Shown: positions 27,704 to 37,200 of the stretch, piece by piece
Numbering within the stretch: position 1 is the first letter of the stretch
Layout: every line of letters starts with the position of its first letter
Assembly (NCBI GenBank): GCA_036405415.1
Contig: DASWXP010000002.1
Coordinates: forward strand, 272,351-336,350
Direction of reading: 5' to 3'
Length of the DNA: 64,000 nt
Source: Minisyncoccota bacterium
Lineage (GTDB): Bacteria > Patescibacteriota > Minisyncoccia > Phycocordibacterales > Phycocordibacteraceae
The notes under the pieces: model-generated
The model's input: only the letters and a program-made list of their open reading frames with translations
What the model was told of the DNA's origin: nothing
The model's database searches: none
Position numbers and translations under genes: made by a program

Positions 27704-29401
27704 ATGCGGCCCTCCCCTTTTTACGTACCTGAAAGCAGTGACTCGCCTCTCATAAAGGCGCAGCGCTTCCTTCGTTCCCTCTCGCCAGGAGACCGCGCGA
27801 TCGCCGCAGTGCTCGGGCTCTTGCTCGTTACGTCTCTCTTTTCAGGTCTCGTAGCGCTCATCCGCGCGTACCAGGTGACGGTACCCGCGTATGGCGGAAG
27901 TCTTACGGAAGGCGTGATCGGGTCACCTCGTTTCATCAATCCCCTGCTCGCGCTTTCTGACGCGGACCGCGACCTCACGTCCTTGGTCTATGCGGGGCTC
28001 ATGGGCGTGGACGGAGACGGGAACATGGTGCCCGTGCTTGCGGAGCGCTATCTCGTGTCTGAGGACGGGACCGAATACACGTTCCTCCTCCGGGAGAATG
28101 CGAAGTTCTCGGACGGCTCTCCGGTAACAGCTGAGGACGTGGTGTTCACGGTAGAACGCGCTCAGGATCCGGCGCTCCGCTCACCGGAGCTCGCGAACTG
28201 GGCGAACATTCGGGCTGAAGCGGTAGACGCGCGCACCGTGCGCTTCACGCTTCCCCAGCCGTACGCGCCGTTCCTTGCGGACACCACGCTCGGCATCCTT
28301 CCGGCGAAGCTCTGGAGGAACGTGCCCGTGGACGAGTTCTCGTTCTCGCCGCAGATGACGGAGCCGGTGGGAGCAGGGCCGTTCAAGGTGTCGCGCGTGA
28401 CGAAGGACAAGGCCGGGAAGATCACCTCGATGGAGCTTTCCGTGTTCAAGGCCTACGCGCCGGGACGCGCGCATCTCAACCGGATCACCATGAAGTTCTA
28501 TCAGGACCAGGAAGCGCTCAAGGACGCATACGACAGCCGGCAGATCGAGAGCGCGTACGGCATCCTCGCGAAGGACATGCTCCGCGCTCCGTACTCCCGC
28601 GTATTCGGCGCATTCTTCAACAGCGACGAGAACCCGGTGTTCGCGAAGCTCGAGGTGCGCAAGGCGCTCTCGTTTGCGGTTAGTCGCGCCCGCATCACGC
28701 AGGACCTTCTCGGAGGCAACGCGACGCCTTTGATGGGCCCGGTTCCTCCGGGAAGCGGCGTGACTCCTTTCCCTGTCCCTGAGGGCGATCCGGTTACGCT
28801 TGCGACCGAGGTCCTTACGGACGCCGGATGGGAGCGCGACGAGGAGACCGGACTCTGGGGAGACGGCGAGACGATCCTTTCATCGGTCACGCTCAAGACC
28901 GCGAACGTGCCCGAGCTCAAGGCGATCGCGCTTTCTATCGAAGCGGACTGGGAGGCGCTCGGCGTACCTACGGAAGTCGAGCTCTACGAGCCCGGAGACC
29001 TCGCGAGCTCCGTGATCCGCCCGCGCGCGTACGAAGCCTTGCTCTTCGGCATGGTTATCGGCCGCGATCGCGACCTCTACGCGTTCTGGGACTCGGGAGA
29101 GCGCTCCGATCCTGGCCTTAACATCGCCGCGTACGCGAACCGCGCCGTGGATCAGCTCCTTGAGAGCGCGCGTCAGGAGCTTGATCCTGAGATCGCGCGC
29201 AAGGATCTCGAGGAGCTCTCTACCCTGATCGCAGAAGACTACCCTGCTGCCTTTACGCACGCACCGGACTTCCTGTATGCTATCCCTAACAGCGTCCACG
29301 GCGTACGTCTCCCCCAGATAGCAGCACCGTCGGACCGATTCGCGACCGTCGCGCATTGGTACCGGAACACGGAGGAGGTGTGGCCCGTCTTCGCGAAGTA
29401 G
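27704..29401 (+). CDS. ABC transporter substrate-binding protein, family 5 (peptide/nickel type)
   Basis: 565 aa with an N-terminal signal/anchor and SBP_bac_5-like conservation (YTFLLRENAKFSDGSPVTAEDVVFT, ILPAKLW). Confidence 0.8.
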   Translation: MRPSPFYVPESSDSPLIKAQRFLRSLSPGDRAIAAVLGLLLVTSLFSGLVALIRAYQVTVPAYGGSLTEGVIGSPRFINPLLALSDADRDLTSLVYAGLMGVDGDGNMVPVLAERYLVSEDGTEYTFLLRENAKFSDGSPVTAEDVVFTVERAQDPALRSPELANWANIRAEAVDARTVRFTLPQPYAPFLADTTLGILPAKLWRNVPVDEFSFSPQMTEPVGAGPFKVSRVTKDKAGKITSMELSVFKAYAPGRAHLNRITMKFYQDQEALKDAYDSRQIESAYGILAKDMLRAPYSRVFGAFFNSDENPVFAKLEVRKALSFAVSRARITQDLLGGNATPLMGPVPPGSGVTPFPVPEGDPVTLATEVLTDAGWERDEETGLWGDGETILSSVTLKTANVPELKAIALSIEADWEALGVPTEVELYEPGDLASSVIRPRAYEALLFGMVIGRDRDLYAFWDSGERSDPGLNIAAYANRAVDQLLESARQELDPEIARKDLEELSTLIAEDYPAAFTHAPDFLYAIPNSVHGVRLPQIAAPSDRFATVAHWYRNTEEVWPVFAK

Positions 29402-29502
29402 TGTGAACAGTCGATAGCCTAGAGGCCCATATCGGCATACAGGCTGCCTACTGCGCATACGTGCGCTTCATTGAAAAAACTATCAGATAACAATCATTCA
29501 TT

Positions 29503-31419
29503 ATGTCAGCAGCACCCGCGCCGGCTCCGGCGCCAAGCTCCCGCCCGAAGCCAGATGCTCGTCCGACGCGTCCTGAGGGCGCACCATCGCGCCCGCGCGG
29601 CACCCGCTCTCGCGGCACCCGCGGCGGACAGGGTCGTGCTCGTGGCGGTCGCGCATCGCGCGATATCCGCCGCACGCTTGGACGCCCCGGCGCAAACGAA
29701 GCGCCGCGCGAGAAGAAGCAGGCGGAATACCTTCCGCAGGCGCCAGGAAAGGACACGGTACGCATCGTGCCCCTCGGAGGCGTCGAGGAGGTGGGACGCA
29801 ACATGTTCACCGTCGAGACCAACGGCGATATCTTCGTATTCGACGTGGGCTTCCAGTTCGTGTCCGAGGACACGCAGCCGGGCGTCGACTACGTACTTCC
29901 GAACACTAAGTACCTTGAGGTGAACAAGGACCGCATCCGCGGCGTATTCATCACCCACGGCCACCTCGACCACATCGGCGGCATCCCGTTCCTTATGGAG
30001 CGCATGGGCAACCCGACCATCTACACCCGAACCCTTTCGGCGACAATGATCAAGAAGCGTCAGGAGGAATATCCGGACCAGGCTCCCCTTAACATCGTCG
30101 AGGTGGAGGCAGGCCAGCAGATGACCATCGGTTCTACCAAGGTCCGCTTCTTCCAGGTGACGCACTCGATCCCTGACTCCATGGGTATCGCGGTCGAGAC
30201 TCCGTACGGAGACGTCGTCGCTACCGGAGACCTCAAGCTCGATCACGACAATGGCATCCCGACCGATCGCGAGATCAAGGTCTGGGGCGAGCTCGGAAGC
30301 CGCAAGAACCTCTTCTTCATCGCCGACTCCACCAACGCGGAGCGTGACGGCTTCTCGGTCCCTGAGAAGAAAGTGCACGAGACTCTCGAGGAGATCGTGC
30401 GCACCGTGAAGGGCCGCCTTATCATCGGTACCTTCGCGTCTCAGTTCGAGCGCATGGTCCGCATCATCGAGATCTGCGAATCGCTCGGCAAGAAGGTCAT
30501 CACCGAAGGACGCTCCATCAAGACGAACCTCGAGATCGCCCAGAAGACGGGGCTTCTCAAGGTCAAGAAGGAGACGATCATCTCTTCCCAGGAGATCGGC
30601 GACTATCCTCCGGACAAGGTGGTTATCCTGTCGACCGGCGCGCAGGGCGAGGAGTTCGCCGCACTCATGCGCATCGCGACCAAGCAGCACAAGTCGATCA
30701 CGCTCACCCCGCGCGATACCGTGGTCCTCTCGTCCTCGGTCATTCCGGGCAACGAGATCTCAGTGCAGCGACTCAAGGACTGCCTCTACCGCAACGGCGT
30801 GACGCTCATCCATTACAAGTCGTCCGACGTGCACTCGACCGGCCACGGAAACACGGGCGAGCTCGTATGGATGAACAAGCAGGTCAACGCGAAGTACTTC
30901 ATGCCGGCCTACGGCTACTACTCCATGACCTACTCGCACGCGAAGGCGGTCGAGCAAGCTGGCAGGCCCCGTGAATCCATCGTCGTGGCGGATAACGGTA
31001 CCGTCATCGATATCGGTCCAGACGAGAAGCTCAACGTGCATAAGCAGAAGGTGCCGTCTTCCCCGCTCGTCGTGGACGGGTACTCGATCGGTGACTTCCA
31101 GGAGGTCGTGATGCGCGATCGCCAGATGCTCGCGAAGGACGGCATGTTCGTGATCATCGCGACCGTGAACCTCAAGACCGGAAAGCTCCGCAAGTCTCCG
31201 GACATCATCTCCCGCGGATTCGTATACCTGCGCGAGAATCAGGAGATGCTCAACCAGGCGCGCCTCCTCATCAAGAAGACCGTGGAAGACACCACGCAAG
31301 GCATGAACCCGGTCGATCTCGACGAGGTGAAGAACGCGCTTTCAGACACCATGGCCGGCTTCCTCTTCATGAGGACCAACAAGGCGCCGATGGTGATCCC
31401 AGTCCTCATCGGGGTGTAA
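29503..31419 (+). CDS. rnj: Ribonuclease J (metallo-beta-lactamase/beta-CASP RNase) with Arg/Gly-rich N-terminal extension
   Basis: HGHLDHIGG zinc motif, beta-CASP and C-terminal domains. The first roughly 90 aa are P/A/R/G-rich (RGTRSRGTRGGQGRARGGRASRD). Confidence 0.85.
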   Translation: MSAAPAPAPAPSSRPKPDARPTRPEGAPSRPRGTRSRGTRGGQGRARGGRASRDIRRTLGRPGANEAPREKKQAEYLPQAPGKDTVRIVPLGGVEEVGRNMFTVETNGDIFVFDVGFQFVSEDTQPGVDYVLPNTKYLEVNKDRIRGVFITHGHLDHIGGIPFLMERMGNPTIYTRTLSATMIKKRQEEYPDQAPLNIVEVEAGQQMTIGSTKVRFFQVTHSIPDSMGIAVETPYGDVVATGDLKLDHDNGIPTDREIKVWGELGSRKNLFFIADSTNAERDGFSVPEKKVHETLEEIVRTVKGRLIIGTFASQFERMVRIIEICESLGKKVITEGRSIKTNLEIAQKTGLLKVKKETIISSQEIGDYPPDKVVILSTGAQGEEFAALMRIATKQHKSITLTPRDTVVLSSSVIPGNEISVQRLKDCLYRNGVTLIHYKSSDVHSTGHGNTGELVWMNKQVNAKYFMPAYGYYSMTYSHAKAVEQAGRPRESIVVADNGTVIDIGPDEKLNVHKQKVPSSPLVVDGYSIGDFQEVVMRDRQMLAKDGMFVIIATVNLKTGKLRKSPDIISRGFVYLRENQEMLNQARLLIKKTVEDTTQGMNPVDLDEVKNALSDTMAGFLFMRTNKAPMVIPVLIGV

Positions 31420-31440
31420 GCAAGGACGCTTCATGCACAG

Positions 31441-31466
31441 AAAATGCCGCATCGCTGCGGCATTTT
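31441..31466. terminator. Hairpin AAAATGCCGCATCGCTGCGGCATTTT
   Basis: Perfect stem with a T-run after rnj. Confidence 0.55.
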
Positions 31467-31494
31467 CTCTTTACCGGATGCTAGAATTCCTTCG

Positions 31495-32649
31495 ATGCAT
31501 CCCCGTCTCGTTCTTTCTACAGGCAACTTCTTCAGCGCGATGTACTTCGCGCTCGTGCTTGTCATCGCGGCGCCGTACCTCGCGCTCTTTTTGCCTGAAT
31601 CGCAGGTAGGGCTCGTGATATCGTTCGGCGCGCTCCTCACGCTCTTCGTGTTCCCGTTCGTGCCGCGGCTCGTGCGCAGATGCTCTTCAAGGACGCTTGC
31701 CATAACGTTCGCGTTCTCGCAGGCAGTGCTCCTTTCCGTGCTCGCCGCAGCGCCTGCGCCGTTGTTCGCGATCATCTGCATCGCGCTCATATTCGCCATC
31801 GCGCCCTTCATCTCCTATCAGCTCGACCTTCTCCTTGAGTGCGCGAGTACCGATGAGAGCTCTGCGGGCAGGGTCCGTACGCTATTCATAACGGCCGCGA
31901 GCCTCGCATACGTGGCTGCGCCGCTCCTGGTCGCGTTTCTCATAGACGGCACCGATGCGTACTGGAAGATTTTCCTTGCTGCGGCCCTCTCGCTTACCCC
32001 GTTCATCGCGCTTCTCATGTTCGAGAAACTCCCTGAGGGTGAGCCGCCCGAGCTGCACGCGATGCTCGCCACCTGCTCGTGCCTCTGGAAGGATAAGGAC
32101 CTAAGGGCCGCGACGCTCGCGGGCGCAGTACTGCAGTTCTTCTTCCACCTTGCGCCCCTCTATATCCCGCTCTACCTCCACACGGTCCTCGGGTTCCCCT
32201 GGGACGAGCTCGGCTGGATATTCGCGCTCATGATCGTACCGTTCCTGTTCGTAGAGTACCCTGCCGGCTATATCGCGGACCGCTGGATCGGAGACAAGGA
32301 GCTCCTCATCGCAGGGATCGTGATCATGGGTGCCGCATTCGCAGCTATCGGATTCATCACCGCGACGACGCCGCTCTTCGTTATCGCGGCGATACTGTTC
32401 GTAAGCCGCATCGGTGCGGCGCTCGTGGAAGCCATGACCGAAGGCCACTTCTTCAGGAGGGTCTCGGGGCAGGACGTGACCACCATAAGCCTGTTCCGCA
32501 TGACGCGTCCTTTCGGCGCGCTTGTCGCTCCCCTGTTCGCGAGCGCACTTCTCCTCAGCGGGAACTTCCTTCTCTTCTTCCTCGTCTCAGGTGCGCTCAT
32601 AGTCGCGCTCGGCATCGTGTTCACGATTCCGCTTAAGGACGTGCACTAG
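31495..32649 (+). CDS. MFS-type transporter
   Basis: Polytopic hydrophobic translation. The start is placed after the rnj terminator at MHPRLVLS, with the ATG 7 nt after TGCTAGAAT. Confidence 0.7.
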   Translation: MHPRLVLSTGNFFSAMYFALVLVIAAPYLALFLPESQVGLVISFGALLTLFVFPFVPRLVRRCSSRTLAITFAFSQAVLLSVLAAAPAPLFAIICIALIFAIAPFISYQLDLLLECASTDESSAGRVRTLFITAASLAYVAAPLLVAFLIDGTDAYWKIFLAAALSLTPFIALLMFEKLPEGEPPELHAMLATCSCLWKDKDLRAATLAGAVLQFFFHLAPLYIPLYLHTVLGFPWDELGWIFALMIVPFLFVEYPAGYIADRWIGDKELLIAGIVIMGAAFAAIGFITATTPLFVIAAILFVSRIGAALVEAMTEGHFFRRVSGQDVTTISLFRMTRPFGALVAPLFASALLLSGNFLLFFLVSGALIVALGIVFTIPLKDVH

Positions 32650-33455
32650 CTCGGGAGCCTATAGATTCCTCGTACCTTTTCTATAAGCCCTTCCTTAAAG
32701 AGCTTTTTCAGCTGTTCCGCTACCTGCTCCTTCCGGTCCGGACCGAGGATGCCAGCGAGGTACGCTTGTTTCTCGGGTTTCTTTGCAAGCGCACGCAGTA
32801 TCGCGCCACGAGCTTCGCGTCCTGAACCGCGGAACGTTGGTTGCTTCGCATAGGTCGCGCTCTTCGCGTTTATGCGCACGCCCGTGCGCTTGAGGTATGA
32901 TCCGTAATCCATGAGCGCTGCGTACCATCTGCGCGCTTCTCCCTCAGGAAGCGCTTTCTCAAGTATCGCGAGCACCTCGGCATCTCGTACTTTTTCCTCG
33001 TTCGGGAAGAAATGGTGCATCACCGCGGTACGCAGGTTCGTCTCCACGAACACTACGTCCTGGTTCCAGGCGAACGCGGCGACGGCGCGCGCGGTATAGT
33101 GCCCGATGCCCGGCAAAGACTCCAGCTTTGCGATGTCTTTGGGAATCTTTCCCTCGTATTCGCGAACCACGGCCTTCGCCGCTCCATGCAGCATCTTCGC
33201 CCTGCGGTTGTACCCGAGTCCCTGCCACTTCTGTAGCACGCGTGACAGCGGAGCGCTTGCAAGCGCTGAAACGTCCGGGAACGCTTCGAGGAACGCGTCA
33301 TAGAACGGGATCACCCGCTCCACCTGCGTCTGCTGGAGCATTATCTCGGACACGAGGATGCGATACGGGTCGCGCGACTTGCGCCACGGCAGGTGCGTCC
33401 TGCCGTCTTTCTCGTACCAGCCGAGTACGTGGTCCCTAAACCGCTTCGGCGTCAT
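32646..33455 (-). CDS. MutY-like HhH-GPD DNA glycosylase lacking all Fe-S cysteines
   Basis: N-terminal WYEKDGRTHLPWR, SEIMLQQTQVERV and HhH LPGIGHYTA motifs of the MutY/EndoIII superfamily. Zero Cys in 269 aa and no C-terminal NUDIX-like domain. Confidence 0.7.
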   Translation of the reverse strand: MTPKRFRDHVLGWYEKDGRTHLPWRKSRDPYRILVSEIMLQQTQVERVIPFYDAFLEAFPDVSALASAPLSRVLQKWQGLGYNRRAKMLHGAAKAVVREYEGKIPKDIAKLESLPGIGHYTARAVAAFAWNQDVVFVETNLRTAVMHHFFPNEEKVRDAEVLAILEKALPEGEARRWYAALMDYGSYLKRTGVRINAKSATYAKQPTFRGSGREARGAILRALAKKPEKQAYLAGILGPDRKEQVAEQLKKLFKEGLIEKVRGIYRLPS

Positions 33456-33675
33456 CGTTCCCCTTCTCTGCTGCCGGCGCTACGAGGGCAGCCTCAGGGA
33501 CGATTATGACCGCAAGCACGTATCCGACGATTCCGGGAACGAAGCCGGTGAAGACCGTGAGGATGAGGTACCCGAGGCGTAGCAGCACCGGGTCTACCCC
33601 GAAGAATTCGCCGAGTCCGCCCATTACGCCGGCGATCATGCGATTCGTGCGGCTCCTGTAGAGTTTCTTTTCCAT
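33436..33675 (-). CDS. PspC domain-containing membrane protein
   Basis: RSRTNRMIAGVMGGLGEFFGVDPVLLRLGYLILTV is the PspC signature. The ATG is 8 nt after TTTTGCTATACT. Confidence 0.7.
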   Translation of the reverse strand: MEKKLYRSRTNRMIAGVMGGLGEFFGVDPVLLRLGYLILTVFTGFVPGIVGYVLAVIIVPEAALVAPAAEKGNDDAEAV

Positions 33676-33960
33676 ATGTAGGAAGTATAGCAAAACCCCC
33701 TCCAGGCCGGAGCCAGGAGGGGGAGGTCGTAGTTCCATGGGAACGAAGCGACGGGTGGTTTAGCTAGGGATCAGAGCAACTAAAGAGGGTGCCCCCTCAA
33801 ACCGTAGGGTACAGCCTGTGAGGCCTTCACCACATGGCGTTGGTTGTTTTGTGCAGCTTAGGCGCGGACGCCTTCACATGCTCCCTTCTCGAGAAACCAA
33901 GCTACGCCCGCACGGAACCAGGACCAGCAGCACTTTACTAGTTTCAGAAAGGTACGTCAA

Positions 33961-34632
33961 TTACTTCGCCTTCGGCCACCTCCCTGCCGCAGGAGGCCAG
34001 AGCTTCGTGAGCGGATGGTCCTCGCAGGGATGCGGGAGCGCTGGGCACACGTACCGGCCGTAGAGCACCAGGCCGTTGTTCACGTACTTCCAGTCCTTCT
34101 TCGGGATAAGCGCTTCCAGGTCCTTTGATATCTTCGTGAGCTCGGTCCGGTCTGTAAGGTCGAACTTGAGCGCGAACCGGCGTACGTGCGTATCCGTGGG
34201 GATTCCCTCCCATACGTCATGAAGCTCTCCTAATATCACGTGGGCAGTCTTATATGCGATTCCCGGAAGCGTCACGAGCTCAGCCTCGGTCTTCGGTATC
34301 CTTCCCTTGAATTGGTCCCGGACTATCTTCGCTGTCGCGAGGATGTGCCGCGCCTTGTTCTGATAGAACGTAATCGAGGATATCTGCTTCGTGAAGGTCG
34401 CAAGGTCCGCGTCCGCGAAATCATTCACGCTCTTGTACTGCTTGAAGAGGCTCTCCGTTACCAGGTTCACGCGCTTGTCGGTAGACTGCGCTGACAGCAT
34501 CACGGCCGTAACGAGCTGGAACGGGGTCTTGTAGCTGAGTTCCGTCTCAGGAACCGGATAGGTCTTCTTGAGATATGAAAGTATCTTCTTGGCGCGTGCC
34601 GTGCGCTCTTCGCGGATTGAGGCCTTAGGCAT
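33961..34632 (-). CDS. nth: Endonuclease III (Nth) family glycosylase/lyase with degenerate Fe-S motif
   Basis: HhH-GPD core (LPGIAYKTAHVIL, catalytic region), but the C-terminal cluster region keeps only C-X6-C. Confidence 0.75.
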   Translation of the reverse strand: MPKASIREERTARAKKILSYLKKTYPVPETELSYKTPFQLVTAVMLSAQSTDKRVNLVTESLFKQYKSVNDFADADLATFTKQISSITFYQNKARHILATAKIVRDQFKGRIPKTEAELVTLPGIAYKTAHVILGELHDVWEGIPTDTHVRRFALKFDLTDRTELTKISKDLEALIPKKDWKYVNNGLVLYGRYVCPALPHPCEDHPLTKLWPPAAGRWPKAK

Positions 34633-35092
34633 GGCTCTTGAGGTACAGGAGCACCTCGTCGGCATGCTTCTCGGGCTTCACGTTCTCGAACACGGTCTCG
34701 ATGTTCCCGTCTCGGCCGATAAGGAACGAGGTGCGGAACACGCCGTCGTACTCGCGACCCATGAACTTCTTCCTGCCCCAGACGCCGTACGCGTCAGCAA
34801 CCCTATGTCCTTCGTCCGCAAGGAGCGTGAACGGAAGCCCGTACTTCTCTGCGAACTTCTTGTGGCTTTTGACCGAGTCCGGCGATATCCCGAACACGAT
34901 GGCGTCGAGCTTAGCTAGATCCGGCATCGCGTCACGCAGCGCGCACGCCTGCTTCGTGCAACCTGGCGTATCGTCTTTTGGATAGAAATAGAGGAGCACT
35001 CGTGTTCCTGTGTGCGTCGAGAGTGTGTGCGATACGCCGTCCTGGTCGAGGAGCGTGAAATCAGGCGCCGAGGTCCCAGGTGCAGGCAGCAT
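34625..35092 (-). CDS. bcp: Thiol peroxidase Bcp (peroxiredoxin, AhpC/TSA family)
   Basis: PGCT peroxidatic Cys motif (FYPKDDTPGCTKQACA), 155 aa. Overlaps the nth start. Confidence 0.85.
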   Translation of the reverse strand: MLPAPGTSAPDFTLLDQDGVSHTLSTHTGTRVLLYFYPKDDTPGCTKQACALRDAMPDLAKLDAIVFGISPDSVKSHKKFAEKYGLPFTLLADEGHRVADAYGVWGRKKFMGREYDGVFRTSFLIGRDGNIETVFENVKPEKHADEVLLYLKSHA

Positions 35093-35093
35093 G

Positions 35094-36293
35094 TTAGAGG
35101 CTTTCCGTATCAAGCGCATCGGTGCGCGAGAACGCGAAGCGGTACGCGATAGCGACGATGGCGCCCGTAGCCGCAAGGAACAGGACGAAGAGTATGAGCT
35201 TGCCAATAACCGGCACCATACCTACGAGGCTGAGCACGAGCATGCCGAGGATCGCGAGCTTCCAGGTAACCTGCTCCTGCTTCAGGAGCCCCCTGCTGAG
35301 CGCTGCGCCCGCGATCACGCCCGCGTACAGGTATCCGAGCATAAGGAGGAGCAGATACGCGACAAGAATCAGGAACGCAACCGCCATGCCCACGAACGAG
35401 ACCAGGAGCAGGATGATGAACACGGGTGCAGCGAATACGACCGCAAACCCGAGGAGCGCCAAGAGCGCGAACTTGCCCGGAGAGCGCGCGAGCGTGCGAT
35501 CCGCCACCCGCTGCGAGAACTCAGGGAAGAGGCCCGCAAGGAGCGCTGTACCGATAAGGAGCGATATGATGCGCACGACGAGGAACACTCCTGCGCCTGC
35601 GATCGCGAATGTCTGCGCTTCTTCCACGCTTGGAAGGTATGAAGACGCGCCCGTATAGAAAACGCCTCCGGTAACGGTCGCGGTCGCGGGGATACCCGCT
35701 TCCTGCGGCGCGTCGTACCGGAGCTCACCTGCGATAACCGTACCTTCCGCTAGCGTGAGCCGGTCGGTCGCGAGCACCTCGACGTCACCCTGAAAGATTC
35801 CGGAGAGCTGGATGTCCGAGCCGTAGACAACGGTCTTCGCGCCGCCACCGTTCATGCGCACGGTGCCGCCGAGGATGCGCGTCTCCAGAGCTGAGGAAGA
35901 CGCTATTACGGTTCCTCCTGCAAGGACGAGGTCTCCGGTTACCGGACCGGTTACGGATACCTGCGCGCCGAGCGCACGAACATCGCCCTGAACCGGGCGC
36001 TCGATTGTTACGGTGCCGCCCGCGACAAGCACGTCCCCTTCGACAGGACCCGCGACAGTAAGCGTGCCGGCAGCGCCCACGATATCCGCCGAAAGCGGAG
36101 CTACGACCGCCACATCGGTCCCTGCCACATAGGCATTGCCTTCAGGAACCTCTGAAATGACGAGGGAGCGGGCGTTCCAGAACGTGGCTGCGGATACGTC
36201 CGCCGGGAAAAGCGCGCTTACGAGGAGGATGACCGCGAGGAATCTGAAGCAGGCCATGATGCCGCCATCATACCACGGGGCCCCAGGCGTCAA
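35094..36293 (-). CDS. Membrane protein with N-terminal beta-helix (bactofilin-like G-x-V repeats) and C-terminal multi-TM region
   Basis: Signal peptide, then repeats such as VAGPVEGDVLVAGGTVTIERPVQGDV, then about 6 TM segments. Confidence 0.5.
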   Translation of the reverse strand: MTPGAPWYDGGIMACFRFLAVILLVSALFPADVSAATFWNARSLVISEVPEGNAYVAGTDVAVVAPLSADIVGAAGTLTVAGPVEGDVLVAGGTVTIERPVQGDVRALGAQVSVTGPVTGDLVLAGGTVIASSSALETRILGGTVRMNGGGAKTVVYGSDIQLSGIFQGDVEVLATDRLTLAEGTVIAGELRYDAPQEAGIPATATVTGGVFYTGASSYLPSVEEAQTFAIAGAGVFLVVRIISLLIGTALLAGLFPEFSQRVADRTLARSPGKFALLALLGFAVVFAAPVFIILLLVSFVGMAVAFLILVAYLLLLMLGYLYAGVIAGAALSRGLLKQEQVTWKLAILGMLVLSLVGMVPVIGKLILFVLFLAATGAIVAIAYRFAFSRTDALDTESL

Positions 36294-36294
36294 C

Positions 36295-36753
36295 CTAGAG
36301 CACCGGAATGAGCTTCACGGGCGCGTGCCGGGTCCAGAGGACGTGGACTGCGGCAAGGACAAGGAACGCGATGAGCGCCGAGAAGAGGCAGTAGATGCAG
36401 AGCGCCTTGATGAGCGCGAACTGGATGAACACGAACACGAGTGATGCTGCGGCCCCGAACCAGGCGAGCGCGTACAAGGCGCTGAACAAGATGCGCTTCG
36501 GAAGGATGAATATGCCGAGCGCGAGCGTGAACATGAGCGCGAAGAACCCGACGCCATACAAGGCGAGCGGGAGCCCGAGGAGCTGCGAATACGGGCTCTG
36601 CGCGACGATATTGCAGCCGTCGAGCGCGCCGCCGATGTCGCAGGTGAGCGCAGTGTCGGTAACCGCGCTCTGGAAGAGGTACCAGGAGTCCGCCATGCCA
36701 AGGAACGAGAGCGCGATCACGATCGCAAGCAAGGTGGTGCGGTTCATGGTCAT
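36295..36753 (-). CDS. Vitamin K epoxide reductase (VKOR) family protein
   Basis: 4-5 TM segments, a loop Cys pair and a CIYC (CXXC) active-site motif. Confidence 0.75.
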   Translation of the reverse strand: MTMNRTTLLAIVIALSFLGMADSWYLFQSAVTDTALTCDIGGALDGCNIVAQSPYSQLLGLPLALYGVGFFALMFTLALGIFILPKRILFSALYALAWFGAAASLVFVFIQFALIKALCIYCLFSALIAFLVLAAVHVLWTRHAPVKLIPVL

Positions 36754-36813
36754 AATCCTACCCCGCCCCCGCCCGTACCGGCAACCTTCATATAAAGGCG
36801 CTACTATGAGCCT

Positions 36814-37200
36814 ATGGAAAAGACCGAACAGGAATGGAAAGAGACGCTGAGCCCCGAGGAATACCGGGTGCTCCGGGAATCAGGCACCGAGGCGCCGTTC
36901 GCAGGAAAATACGTGGACAATCATGAGGATGGCACATACCGCTGCAAAGCGTGCGGCACTGTGCTGTTCTCTTCAGAAACCAAGTTCGATTCAGGGAGCG
37001 GCTGGCCGTCGTTCACAGACCCCGCCGTAGCGGAGAACGTCGGGACCCGTGAGGACGAGAGCCTTGGCATGCGCCGCACGGAAGTCTTCTGCAGGAACTG
37101 TGGGAGCCATCTGGGCCACGTGTTTGACGACGGCCCTAAGAAAGCGGGCGGAAAACGGTATTGCATCAATTCCATCGCGCTCGATTTCGAGAAGCAGTAG
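36814..37200 (+). CDS. msrB: Peptide-methionine (R)-S-oxide reductase MsrB
   Basis: SelR domain with two CxxC zinc pairs (CKACG, CRNCG) and catalytic RTEVFC/GHVF motifs. Confidence 0.9.
   Translation: MEKTEQEWKETLSPEEYRVLRESGTEAPFAGKYVDNHEDGTYRCKACGTVLFSSETKFDSGSGWPSFTDPAVAENVGTREDESLGMRRTEVFCRNCGSHLGHVFDDGPKKAGGKRYCINSIALDFEKQ

Noticed and set aside
33880-33930. SRP (4.5S) RNA in the nth-pspC spacer
   Set aside because: It lacks the conserved GGAAGGAAGCAGC symmetric-loop motif. Similarity is too weak to call without a covariance search.
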